DNA of 64,000 bases from Amoebidium appalachense. Its lineage: Eukaryota > Protista > Ichthyosporea. A program made the translations under genes and the position numbers. The stretch is from the NCBI GenBank assembly GCA_963693365.1, contig CAVNZM010000004.1, forward strand, positions 12,552,468 to 12,616,467, in the 5' to 3' direction. The notes beneath the pieces are model-generated. The model made no database searches and was not told where the DNA came from. It saw only the letters and a list, made by a program, of their open reading frames with translations. Of this stretch, positions 15,264-38,043 are shown piece by piece. The number at the start of each line of letters is the position of its first letter. Position 1 is the first letter of the stretch.

Positions 15264-16616
15264 GGAAAGGCGGGGTAAAAGAAGGTGAGAGAAGTTGTGC
15301 TTGAGAGAAAGATGGCGACACCACCACCTTCCAAAGACAAATGCTCACACGTGGGCAGTCAGACCTGCATTTAACCCTTCCAACCACACCATGCCGTGAC
15401 ACTAAGTGGTTCGTGCAGTTTGTGATTATGAGATGTTTTCGAGTCGGGTATGTGCAAGAAGTGGGCGGACACAGGGTGGAGATGTTTTCGTAGCAGGTGT
15501 GTGTGTGTTGTAAGGCGGTTGGGATTTTATTGGTTTAGGCCATTGCGTTTGCACATGTGCATACAGGGATTATAACTGTAGGGAGCATGGGTTTTTGGTA
15601 ATGGTGCACAAAATCTAAATGCCATCCACCAATCAGATTGACGCACCAGTCACGTGAGCTGGAGGTAGCTGCCGAGGCCTATGTGGAGGCACTGATAAGG
15701 GTGCTGTACGGCGCCGACCTGCGTAAGGAAGGTGCTAGAACCTGCCGGAAGGCTGCAGGGGTGCCCCTAGACCAGGTGTGGTCTGTGGAAGGGGTGTCTG
15801 ATGAGGAGGTTGTGCATGATCTGGGAAAGGGCTGCCACATCACAGGTACGTGCATGTTGCTCATAGCCCCCCCCCCCCCCTCCCTCACTGCCCTTGCCTG
15901 TTACGTGCTCGCATGAGTAACCTTGCTCGTCTCTGATCAAAACGGGTGACCCACCCATGTTCTAGTGAAACAGTATCTGAGTTGGGTTACGTTGACGAGG
16001 TGAATGGGTTGAAATTCGGGTACTGTGGATGACGTCCCCCCCCCCCCCCCCCCCCCCCCTCCCCTCCTTTTCTTATTATGCATACTGTTTATGTATGGTT
16101 TGCACTCTGCATCCTGTTATCCGTTGTTCATGTGTACTTCGTACTTTATGACGCATTTAAACCCCCCAGGAGCACGTGCCCTTCCTCCCTTCCCCATTGC
16201 CCCTAGCTAGCTAGACCGACATCCCTCTCTCCCTCCTTCCCCCCCCCCCCCCCCCCCCCCCCCTTACTGCTGCAACTTTAACCCCCGGCCTTTCCCACTG
16301 CCCTTGCCTGCATAAGCAACCCTGCTCGTCTCTGATCAAGACGGGTGACCTACCCATGTTCAAGTGAAACAGTATCTGAGTTGGGTTTCGTTAACGAGGT
16401 GAATAGGTCGAAACTCGGGTACTGTGGATGACGTGGGCCCCCCCTGAGGATGGGCTCTGCTTATTATGCATACTCTTTATGTATGGCTTGCGTTCTGCAT
16501 CGTGTTATCCGTTTGTTCTTGTGTACTTCGTACTTTTTGACGCATTCAAACCCCCCCCCCCCCCCCCCCCCCCCCACCACCACCACCACCACCACCACCA
16601 CCATACACATACGCAT

Positions 16617-16696
<80 letters not shown>

Positions 16697-16881
16697 CCAT
16701 GGGCCACGTCAATGCACATAGACACGTACACAATTTCAAATAACACACACAGACACACCCACAGTCGATTCTTCACGAGAGGTTACACATGGACACACAC
16801 ACACACACATTCACGTTGCACGCACACAAACACGCACATTCACCCACAGGCATAGGCATAGACACACACACGCACATTTAT

Positions 16882-16923
<42 letters not shown>

Positions 16924-17918
16924 CATGCACGCCCACAGGCATGCACGTAGACACACACACACACACACACATTCAGATTACACACCGAGACAAATCGGTA
17001 CAACTAACACCTCTGACACCACCTAGGTGTTATGGCCCACTTTCTCTCCAGTCTCTCTTTACACGTTGGCTAATATGCGGCTCGTGCTAGCAACGGTGCG
17101 TTGCCGGCCGATGACTGCATTTCATTGAAAATGAGATATAGATTATCATGGTTGTTTGCCAATCAGTCGGATTGCTTATACATGTTCAGGATTGGTCAGA
17201 GTCGCTGATTGGCCGCGCGCACTAAATGATCTGACTTGGCCAATCATAGTAAATCCGGCAACAGGCTCTTTTTGCTTATGTTTTTGAAAGGCTAAATTAA
17301 AGGTAACTTTGCTCAACTGTACTTTTCTCCTCTTCTAGAGCCAATAAAAATGTCCCTATAAAAATATAACAGATTTTAAATAAAACCAAGTCACTTGACC
17401 ATAGAAAATTTGTTGATTTCGTTAGGATTGGCGAATTAATATCCTTACCATCCATGTATATATCTTCAAGATGCATGTTTTTCAAAGTAGCAAAAAAACT
17501 AAATAATTCTATTAGAAAAACAAAAATATTCTATGGTCATTATACTAAGTATATATATAACAATTGCTTCAAGCTTAAATATAGTGTTTTTGTAGCACAA
17601 TATTCCAGAACGTAAGGTATATACACCCCCTATTGATACCGGCTGCACGTTCCCGCCTTGCTAAGATAAGCGGCCAATTAGCCAACGTGTTCGCCCTATA
17701 TCACGTTCCCCTCATAATCCTGTAACTTCCTCTCTTTTTATTATGCAGCGGCCCTACCATCTCTGCTGTACATTGCAGGCAAGCACAGCGACAGTCTAGA
17801 GGCGGCACTGATCAGCAATGCAAACTGTGGGGGGTCAAGCTGCCACAGGGGGGCGGCTCTTGGTGCCCTCATGGGCGCACATCTTGGATCTACAAGGTGG
17901 GTGATGGTGTGTGCGTGT

Positions 17919-17949
<31 letters not shown>

Positions 17950-18717
17950 GGGAGGGGGGATGGGGGGGGGGGGGCTGCCCAGGGATGCCTGGATGTGTGT
18001 GTTTGGTTCTTTGGTCATGTGTGTGGGTGGGTGCTGGGTGGCAGATGCATCAGGACGCATTACGGGGTTGCATAGGCACTGTGGGGTGATGCCCATGTTA
18101 CCGCGGATGGTGTGGATGTTATTTCGTTTTCAGAATTGCCATAGATTCTTGTCTCGTTTTTTTGTTCAAAGGAGAAGGAGGGGGAGGGGGGGGGGGGGGA
18201 CTGGGGAAGAAAAAAGCAAAGACATAGGCGCAAATGATATGCCCGCCGTCTCCCCCCCCCCCCCCCCCCCCCTCCTCCTCCTCCTCCTCCCCTGGGGCGG
18301 AGGATGGGCTCCGCTTCTGCTGCACACTCGGTGTCTGTTCCATTGTTGTCCGCTGTGAATATTATTGGTTATGCCGACCCCCCCCCCCCTCCCCCTCCCA
18401 CACACACACACACACACAAACCACACACACGACCACACACACAGCCATCACCATCTCCCCTAAAGAAATTTTTCGACGAATGGGTGCAAGAGTGGTGAAT
18501 GCTTTGTTTTGCTTTACCAACGGGAGTGTTTCTTTTACCCTTACAGTGCACATTTGGCACCATGTTAACAAAGCACCTTTATTTCTGCAGTATTCCCAAG
18601 AGATGGATTGAGGGACTGAAGGCCAAGGAGGAATTGCAATCGGAGATTGAAGAATTTGTGGCCCTGGTGACGGCACAGCACAATGCCCCCCTGCTTGCTG
18701 CAAGGGGCGACTTCTGA
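12558..18717 (+). CDS. ADP-ribosylglycohydrolase family protein (SelJ/J1-crystallin-like branch), about 386 aa, 7 exons
   Basis: Exons 12558-12804, 13251-13361, 14082-14222, 14986-15163, 15637-15845, 17749-17896 and 18591-18717 total 1161 nt in frame. Motifs RAALWGLFIADALAMPVHWYY, GENTLN, THNDSYAESFHR, NANCGGSSCHRGAALGALMG and SIPKRWIEGL. Confidence 0.9.
14461..16550. repeat. Three diverged copies of a ~250-bp intronic repeat (about 14461-14705, 15885-16165, 16296-16550)
   Basis: Shared core of the form atgttcaagtgaa(a/g)cagt.tctg.gttgggttt....gacgaggtgaat.g.ttgaaactcgg..actgtggatg ... tgcatact.tt ... gtgtacttc.tact, visible with substitutions in all three copies. Confidence 0.9.
17061..17690. 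mobile_element. Non-autonomous DNA transposon (MITE, piggyBac-like ends) in intron 5 of the ARH gene
   Basis: Perfect 14-bp terminal inverted repeat ACACGTTGGCTAAT / ATTAGCCAACGTGT, extending imperfectly to about 50 bp. AT-rich interior with no microsatellites. Internal inverted repeat gccaatcag...ctgattggc. No clean TSD (TTTA / TTCG around CACG ends). Confidence 0.65.
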
Positions 18718-19500
18718 GGATCCCCCCACCAACCCAACCCCCTGGTTCTCTTGGAAACACAGACCACTCAGATACGAAGTTATATGATTCATGTGGACGC
18801 GCAAGCAATCTGCGCACATGTTGGCCCTTCCCTCTTGCAGCAGCTAACACTAATACTGGCTGGGTGAAAGCATCTATAGAGAGACTGATAGGTTTGCTCT
18901 TTTGTTGCCCCAAACATGCGATAATTCGATTTCGACACTCCAAATTGCTGTGAAGTGCCCCCCCCTCCCCCCCCCCCCCCCTCCCCCTTCGTCGAAGACA
19001 ACGAGACAGTCGAATGGACGGATGTAGGTGTGATGGTGATATGATTCTCCTTAAGTGGCGGTGATGGGTATTGAATCTATTGAGACATGTACTATGAATA
19101 GTGATAAGAAATTTAGTGGCACTATCGTAGCCATAATAACATAACATTTTTTGGTAATCATGATAGCTTGCGGAGTGCTGGGTTATATAGGTGACAGGGT
19201 TGATGATCTACAGGGTTGAAGTAGCATGTCAACAGTGCGCGTTTAAAAAATGATGTGCTTGTTTTTGTATGAAGTATCAAACAGGATGTAATATATTGCT
19301 CCTCCGTATGGATTTGAAGGAAATAAATTATGGTTGCTGATTTACTTGTTTGCCAAGTACTAATTTTTATTCTTGCCACATATATCCGCAGTTTCCTTGT
19401 TGCTGCAGAGGTGCCAGTTGCATTACTTTTTTTTTTATAACCCACAACCCCCCCCCCCCCCCCTCCCCCCGCCTCTCTTTCTTAGCAGGAGGCTCTCCCC

Positions 19501-19531
<31 letters not shown>

Positions 19532-20012
19532 AAAAAAAAAAAAAAAAGGACAGCCTAGCTTCTCCGTCACCGCTGTCTGGAAAAGCAGGGTATTACCGAC
19601 ACACACATGTGCACACACACATCCGCCCCTGCTTTCAGGAAAAAATCACATGCCTAGTTTCTTCCTTCGAAGAGTTCTGATGCCCTGGGGCCGCTAAGAG
19701 CCTCTTCAATGGACCAGGGCCCTCGCTTTATGATATCGATGCGGAACAAATGCGAACCGTTCTCAGTATGATACGTAAGAGTTGAGTACCGCGCGGTATC
19801 CTCATTTCCGGGCGCGAAGAGGGGGGGGGGGGGGGGGTTAGGGAAGGATTCGAGTGGGGTGATCATGAGGACAGTTGAAGGGAACCTACAACTAAACGAT
19901 TCACAGTAATCAGGGCTGATTAGTCATTAGAGGAAGGCAGTGGGGGGGAGAGATAGGTTCTGGCATCGGATCCCAAAAAAAATGGGGAGGCAAACGAGAG
20001 GTCACCCTTAAG

Positions 20013-21057
20013 TTTAACTGCATGGCTCATATTTGTAACCACGTTCTCCACTGTGCGACACTAAACATCTGCTGGCGGCCCCACGGTCGGGCCCATGAAG
20101 GGGGAGGGGGGCCGGGGGGGGGCAGGGGGGAGGGGGGCAGGGAGGGAGAGGGGGGTGGGGGTGGGGGGTGGGGTGGGGGGAGGGGAGAGGAGGGGGGGGG
20201 GGAGGGCGGGGTCAATTGGTTTTAGGCAAATGTAAGTAGATGTTTCGGTTGAATTCGTTGAAATCACAGGCCACGGTGTGAAGGAATATGTATTTGTGTA
20301 ATTTTTATCTACGGAAGGGAGGACCTTTGACCACCATCAAGAAAAGGTTAGTGAGCATTTGTGAGGCGCGTACGTGTGAAGTACTATATTTATCCAAACT
20401 TAAAGAACCAGCTCCAGAGAGCATGGCATAGCATGGGATGTCAACGGGGAAATGAGATCACTTTTTCAGAAACCAAATTAGGTCCATGTCGTGGTCTGCT
20501 ATCAGGTCTTTAACTGCGTGCTTCAAATTTATAACTGCGTTCTCCACTGTGCACGTGCGACGTTGATCAACTGCAGGTGGCCCCACGGTCGGGCCCATGA
20601 GGGGGGGGGGGGGGGGGGGGGGGGGGGAGGGGGGGGGCATGGGGGGGAGAGCGGAGAGGGATGAAAGGGGGGTGGGGGGAGGAGGGGGGAGGGGGGAGGG
20701 GGGGGGCATGGGGGGGAGAGCGGAGAGGGATGAAAGGGGGGTGGGGGGAGGAGGGGGAGGGGGGGTGGGGGGGTCAATTGGTTACGGCAATTGTAGTAGA
20801 TGTTTCAGCTAATTCGTTGAAATTACAGGTGTGGAGGAATGTATATGTGTGAATTTTTTATCTACGAAAGGGAAAGACCTTGGACCACCATCAAGCAAAA
20901 TTTAGTGAGCATTTGTGAGACTTGAAGTATATATTTATCCACTGAAAAAATGGGGAACCAGCTCCTGAGAGCATGGCATAGCGCTAGCATGGCATGTCAA
21001 CGGTAAATATCACTTTTTTCAGAAACCGATTTATGTCCATGTCGTGGTCGTGCTATC
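20013..21057. repeat. Head-to-tail tandem duplication of a ~500-550-bp unit (about 20013-20503 and 20504-21057)
   Basis: Colinear shared blocks: tttaactgc, gttctccactgtgc, ggccccacggtcgggcccatga, a G-rich tract, gggtcaattgg, gaccaccatcaag, ttagtgagcatttgtgag, gagagcatggcatagc and gtccatgtcgtggtc. Confidence 0.9.
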
Positions 21058-21566
21058 TTTACCTGGAAGCTGAGGCAAGTGGGTTTCATTATATAGCCAT
21101 GCTGTCTGTACAGTGTTAGTCCTAGCCTAACCGTGTGTACATAGGCACATACAGGCGCTCTGCGCTACTGAACATGAAAAAACGACCGCGTTTTGTCCGC
21201 GGGGGAATGACCTTCTTGTGGGTGCGTTGATAGCCAATAGAAGTGCTTTTAGAAGCAGTGTAAATTCATTTTTATCCTAGCATCTTTTTAAACTTTTTGA
21301 AACGCATCTAATACAAGTTTACATAATAAAAAAAGCTCTAAAAATACACCAAATAAACCTCTAAAACATTAATAAAAACATAATTTATAATATCCTATAT
21401 CTGCAACGTTTTTGGGCTTTTTTGTTTTGCTATACCTATGGCTGTTTCCCCACTACTATTTATGATTTTGCTTGCATCGCTCACGATATCTGAAATATGG
21501 AAGGTATTATTAAGCCAATCAGCGTGCACGCTGCAAATGGACCCAAGTCTCAGTAAGAGACTCTCT

Positions 21567-21605
21567 CAAGGCCTCCTAAATAGCACACCTATTTAGGAGG
21601 CCTTG
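21567..21605. mobile_element. 39-bp TIR-only DNA transposon remnant with 8-bp TSD (hAT- or P-like)
   Basis: Perfect 17-bp inverted repeat CAAGGCCTCCTAAATAG-cacac-CTATTTAGGAGGCCTTG, flanked by the direct repeat GACTCTCT at 21559-21566 and 21606-21613. Confidence 0.8.
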
Positions 21606-22332
21606 GACTCTCTGCACCTCGTTTCATGTCTTACCACCTGCACCACCCTATGTGTCTGAGTGCTTTAGATTACGCTTTAAAGGTGACATTGATTAATACG
21701 CAACCCAAAAAATATTTGACAAAGTAGCTGTCTTTTTGTTTAATATAAAGAGAGAAACCTGGAGGAAATTCCTTAAAATCGGAGGGTTGCGTAGCTTAGG
21801 GTGTGGAAACAACCTGCGAGTGAAGATCTTCGCAACCAACCCAGTTTGCTAACGGAGACAAGGTATGTTTGTGCGTTTTTGAGTATTTGACGCATATGCA
21901 CCGGGGCTTTGTTGACCAAATGCCATTCTAGTAGGATCCTGGCATCATCTTTGCAACAATTCACTACCCTTCGCACGGGAATTTCGACCAAGAATTACAC
22001 AATGTTTTCTAGACCATATAAGGTTCCTTCCTTTTTGATCTAATTCTGGATGTGTGTGCTCTCATGCTGCCGTTTTTGAATGGAATACCCTGACGGGCTC
22101 GTTAGTCTTACCCGATGGTAGCATAAAATTTTTTCACATCAAAAGGCATTCAAACCGATGCTGATAATGTTAGCTGTTGTTGCGGGATGTCACCGACGTG
22201 CACACAAAAAGCAATACACATATGCACGAAAGCTGCCATTGCGCGCATGGGGCACACGGACACACACGAGAACACGGTCACGTATATAGACTTACACGCC
22301 AAGCCACATGAACGCACATGCACGCACGCGCG

Positions 22333-22366
<34 letters not shown>

Positions 22367-22813
22367 TGCACCCCCAAATGCACGGGCATATGCGCTCGTG
22401 CGTACACACGTACACGCACTAATTCATTTAGAAACACACAGACCCACTCCGACATGCACACACGCACGGCACACGGGTGCTCGAGCACGGATGCCCTGAT
22501 CAACACACGCACGCATACACCCACACAAAAACTATCTCAACATTGTCCCAAAAGAGGGTTATGAGGCCTCTTGCTCACTGACTCGCGACCGCACGCATGA
22601 TGAAACAGAAACGGTGGGCTTTTTACTTCCGTTGAGATCTGGTGTTGCACTTTGGTAACGCTATAACAATCATGTCCTCACAAACCGGTTGTCATGGAAA
22701 TAAATTCTAGAACCACAAGCCATGCCATCTGCATTCCCTATCCCACTGTGGAAACACCATAATTGTCTTCCTTCCCCTTACCGCCTCCTCCCCCCCCCAC
22801 CCTCCCCCCCCCG

Positions 22814-22853
<40 letters not shown>

Positions 22854-23307
22854 TATGCCTCCCCCCCCCCCCCCCCCCGCCCCCTCAGGTCTTCCTATCA
22901 ACTACCTGCCCCTCTTTCACCCCCTCCTCCCTCCCCACCCCCCCCGCGCCCCCCCCCCCCCCCCCCCCCCCTTCTCCCCCCGCTCACTGTCCTCCCTCCC
23001 TCCCCCCCCCCCCCCTCTCGGGCCCCGGATTCCCACCCGCCCCTCTCTGTGCACCCAGAGCCCACACCTCATCCAGTTTTACCATTTATTCCCTACCCCT
23101 TTTTAACACCGCCCTCCCACTCCCAAACCCCTTCCCCCCTCAACAAAAAAATAAAAAACACTTTCAATGGCTGGATTTTACAACAGTTGTGCTCCTTCCT
23201 GGGGACCATTTCTCATAGCGCTTCCCCCCGTCTGATTACCCCAACTTACCCCTCTTGCTCACCTTTTTTTGCTTGCCTTTTTTAATTTTTCCTTTTCCTT
23301 TTCCTTT

Positions 23308-23346
<39 letters not shown>

Positions 23347-23927
23347 AGGGGGGAGGGGGCTTGAGTGGTGGCTGGTGTGGATGCCTTGCCAGTCCCCCCA
23401 AAACACACACAAGCAACCGCACAGATAGAATGGCCCCTTCACCATAATTCTGCACCCATTGCCCGTGCTGTGTCCGCTTCATGTTTTACCCCGTGTTTTA
23501 AGATTTCTCCTGATAATGCCACACACCTCTCCCCCCCCCCCCCCCCTCCCTTCCTTTCGAACGGACCTTGCTTGCTTATGCCTTCAGGCTTTGCACTCTG
23601 CTTTTATCCCCTCCCCCCTTCCCCCCTCCGCCCCCTCCCCCCGCTTCCTCCCCCCCACACACACAAAATACACACCAGTTGTGATACATGCTCTTTCTGT
23701 GGGCCGTTTTTGGTTACCCCTGCATTGTAGTGTTCGTCACGAATGAGTACTTTGCAATCTGTAACACATTCTGACCCCTCTCCCCTCTCCCCCTCCCCCC
23801 CCCCCCCCCTCCCCCCGCCCCCGGAGTCTGCCCCTCCCTCCTGCCACCACTACCCACCATCCCCACATCATGCGCACACATATTATTCACCACACACATT
23901 CCACCATGCGTTTGCAGCCAATCAAAG

Positions 23928-34987
<11,060 letters not shown>

Positions 34988-35217
34988 CGGTGGTTGGTTG
35001 CGCACAGTATATGCATCAACACGGGTGTGTTGTTTCTGCTTATTCTTCTCACAATTTTGTGTTTTGGGGAGGGATAAATACTCTTCTTGTCCTATTAATC
35101 CTTCACATGTGGTTTGTTGCATCCATCGTACGTTTGGCTCTTGCCATTATAGTGTATAAGCTGATTTTTCGTAGCTGTCCTGGTTGTTTTATTTATATCA
35201 TACTTTACTAACAGGAT

Positions 35218-35252
<35 letters not shown>

Positions 35253-35453
35253 GAGAGAGAGAGAGAGAGAGAGCCGGGGGGGGGGGGGGGGGGGTTATGA
35301 ATCGTGGATGAATATCTTCTACTCTAATGCACGAACGTACTACACTTACGCAGCTTACTAGGAAGCACTCATTCCCATATTCCCACCTCCGCCACCGCGG
35401 CACCATCCACCAAACGCCACCACGTGCATCATCGAGACACACGCACACACATT

Positions 35454-35515
<62 letters not shown>

Positions 35516-35899
35516 GCACCCCCGCACGTACATTCTTACGCTTAACACGTGTGCCTAGTTGTGCTTTCGGCACCAGCCTCCTTTCGTAGACTCTCTAACT
35601 GAAGTTACAAAAGCGCCCTAGGCGAATTCCTTTTATTATAAATTAAATATATATTTATCTAATCCTACCAAGGAATAAGTATTAGGGCTAAAAATTTCTA
35701 AGTGGTGACCTGGCGCGTCGTTGCGCCTCGAAGCAAAGTATGATGGCAGCAATAAAGTGAATAATGATGTGACCGACCGCGTTGAGTGGTGTGTGTTAAG
35801 GCGCGTTATGTTGTGTGATGCCGCCAACATATTGTTGCCGGCTCAGAACATTGCCGGCTTGGCTCGGCATGGCATGAACACACAGGAAATACCACCATA

Positions 35900-35932
<33 letters not shown>

Positions 35933-36295
35933 ACCACCACCAGGACGCCGCGAGCGCGCTGTACATCGCATGGTTAAGATGCTTGATTGATCTGGAAGGT
36001 ACACATAGACGTTTGCCATTCAATCAAAGTGTCTTTTATTGAGGTACACCGACGTGAAATGTTGAATATATATGTCATCTTCCACGAATCTATCTCCGGG
36101 ACCTCTCGTCTCTCTCCCTCTCGCTCCGATCTCTTCCCTCCCCCCCCTCCTCCCCCCCCTCCCTTCGAGCCTCCGACTCTATTTTTAAGCACACACACAC
36201 ACACACCATACATACTTTTTTTCGAGGAAGAGGGGGGGGAGGGGGGGGGGGGGGGGAGGTTACTAGTAACACACAAGGAAAAGGTTTTTTTTTTT

Positions 36296-36327
<32 letters not shown>

Positions 36328-36503
36328 GGACTCTGAAGTTGAGGGGGGGGGGGGGGAGGGGGGGGGATGTAAGGAAAAGTTAAAAAGTTGTTACAAAAGT
36401 GCCTTCCTGAATCCACACTGCAAACAAATCTCGCCAGCAGTGAAAAAAAAAAGAAGTAATTAAAGCACCACCAATTTGAAGCCTACTACTTACATACATA
36501 GAT

Positions 36504-36995
36504 TCACTTGGTGTACGAGTCTGTCTCAGTGCCCCCCATGTTCCACAAATGCGTCTCTGTGTCAGTCGGTGTGTTTCCCACTGTGCCACTCCCCGGCCCT
36601 ACACCAGCAAACAATTTGCCTGGGTCCTTGCGCAAAATCTCAGACACAGGCGTGCCCGGGTCGTCCGTGGGCGTGTACCCCCCCATGTCTAGCTCATATG
36701 CGCCGTGCGTGTCCACTTCTCCCCCTGCCTTCTCTCCTTCACCTCCCTTCCCTGTCGCCTTTTCAAACTCTTTCACTTTTCCCTTGGGTAGGGGAAGGCC
36801 TGGAAGGTCACCATACGATGCTCGGCGTGCAGCGGTTTTTGGGTCATTTTGGGGTGGGGAAGAGCGACCACGAAGGATATCCGAGTCTGACTCTGTAGTG
36901 GTGGTGGCGGTCATAGAACGACGACGGCGTGGCGTGGTATCAGGTAGGGCGGAGGAAGAAACGGGCCTTTTCTTGCGTTCGATGGGAGTCTCCAT
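36504..36995 (-). CDS. Hypothetical hydrophilic, probably disordered protein, 163 aa, single coding exon
   Basis: Microsatellite-free ORF starting at ATG, with a basic N-terminus (RKKRP, RRRRS, RRAS) and an acidic/Gly/Thr C-terminus. Candidate 5'UTR intron donor CAG|GTAAGG at 38043 and a donor just after the stop. No recognised domain. Confidence 0.6.
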   Translation of the reverse strand: METPIERKKRPVSSSALPDTTPRRRRSMTATTTTESDSDILRGRSSPPQNDPKTAARRASYGDLPGLPLPKGKVKEFEKATGKGGEGEKAGGEVDTHGAYELDMGGYTPTDDPGTPVSEILRKDPGKLFAGVGPGSGTVGNTPTDTETHLWNMGGTETDSYTK

Positions 36996-37632
36996 CGTGT
37001 TGTGTGGTCTAGTTACTTCCCTGTTCCTGGTCTATTGAGACTAACACAGTAGATGAACGGAAGAGAGCTCTAATAATTAGTGAAACGAGCGAACCACAAA
37101 GGTTTCAGTTCAAGCTGTTAGTTAACCCGCAACTGCAAAATGGTACACCGTGACATCTCAACCAAGCTATTCAATGTAATGGGACAGCATGTTCAGGAAC
37201 AGTCACTCAGTGCAGGTGTTCTTGTGGCCACATCGCGCATCTCACACTGTCACACACCCAGGCCTAGGACTCAGCATCATTGCACACAAAAGCAAACAAA
37301 AGCACGACCCAGATCTACACAGGAATGCAATTCAAAAGTATTTTTTCACATGATTGGATGAACTTCTGAAGTCCAACTCTGTCTATAGGCAGACCAGGCG
37401 GGGGCGAGCAAAACATAAAACGGCGATGTTTCGTTGGCAACCATCGGACAGGCAAGAGCTCATGGCTCTGAACTGACTGCACAAGCGCTTGATACTCGGA
37501 AAACTTGTGCAAACAACCCAGTGAATGCACGCCAACATCAGCTGCGCATACCCACAGGCTCTTAAGGTCTTGTCTATGCTCGAGCACCCATACGCACTGA
37601 TGCGTGGACACTGGCACGCCCTTTCATGTTCA

Positions 37633-37689
37633 TAATCCCGTAAATGAGTCACCGTGAAGCTAATCCCGTAAATGAGTCATCGTGTAAGC
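37633..37689. repeat. 28-bp tandem duplication, each copy containing TGAGTCA
   Basis: taatcccgtaaatgagtcaccgtgaagc / taatcccgtaaatgagtcatcgtgtaagc. Confidence 0.85.
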
Positions 37690-38043
37690 TACCGTTTAAA
37701 ACCAGACTTATCGATGGTCCCTTTTCCCCCAAGCATTCAACACCCAAGACGGCTTTACCCCATTGACATCGATAACAATTTAAAACGATGCAGGTCTGGG
37801 CTAATTAGAGTCGAACAAGAGTTGTATACTACGCCGAAAGAGTACGGAGGCCAAGCTCGCAAAAATCTCTGAAAATCTTGATGCAGTGTAATACTTGACA
37901 TCGCTTTGTGGTTACACAGGGTGAGGGTGGGAAGGGGTCACACCATATGCATGGATCAATAACCAGTTGCAATTGCTACTTCAAACAAGTACACTCAACA
38001 ACTTGCAACAACACTTCAAACAAGTACACTCAAAGTGCCTTAC

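Noticed and set aside
18715-18900. Selenocysteine readthrough in the SelJ-like ARH gene
   Set aside because: The approximate Sec-equivalent position is a TGC Cys. The only in-frame TGA follows a complete domain, and I see no SECIS-like hairpin.
20240-20460. hAT transposase-like peptides in the tandem duplication
   Set aside because: The resemblance is a few residues, the frames are not conserved between the two copies, and there are multiple stops.
21240-21535. AT-rich block with the 14-bp palindrome CAGCGTGCACGCTG as another MITE
   Set aside because: I could not locate matching terminal repeats or a TSD.
36480-36506. TGA readthrough or Sec in the 163-aa orphan, where the stop is closely followed by a splice donor
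   Set aside because: Readthrough would add only a few residues, with no redox motif or SECIS. A 3'UTR intron is the simpler explanation.
36508-37038. 176-aa plus-strand ORF
   Set aside because: It is the antisense shadow of the minus-strand ORF and has a GTG start.
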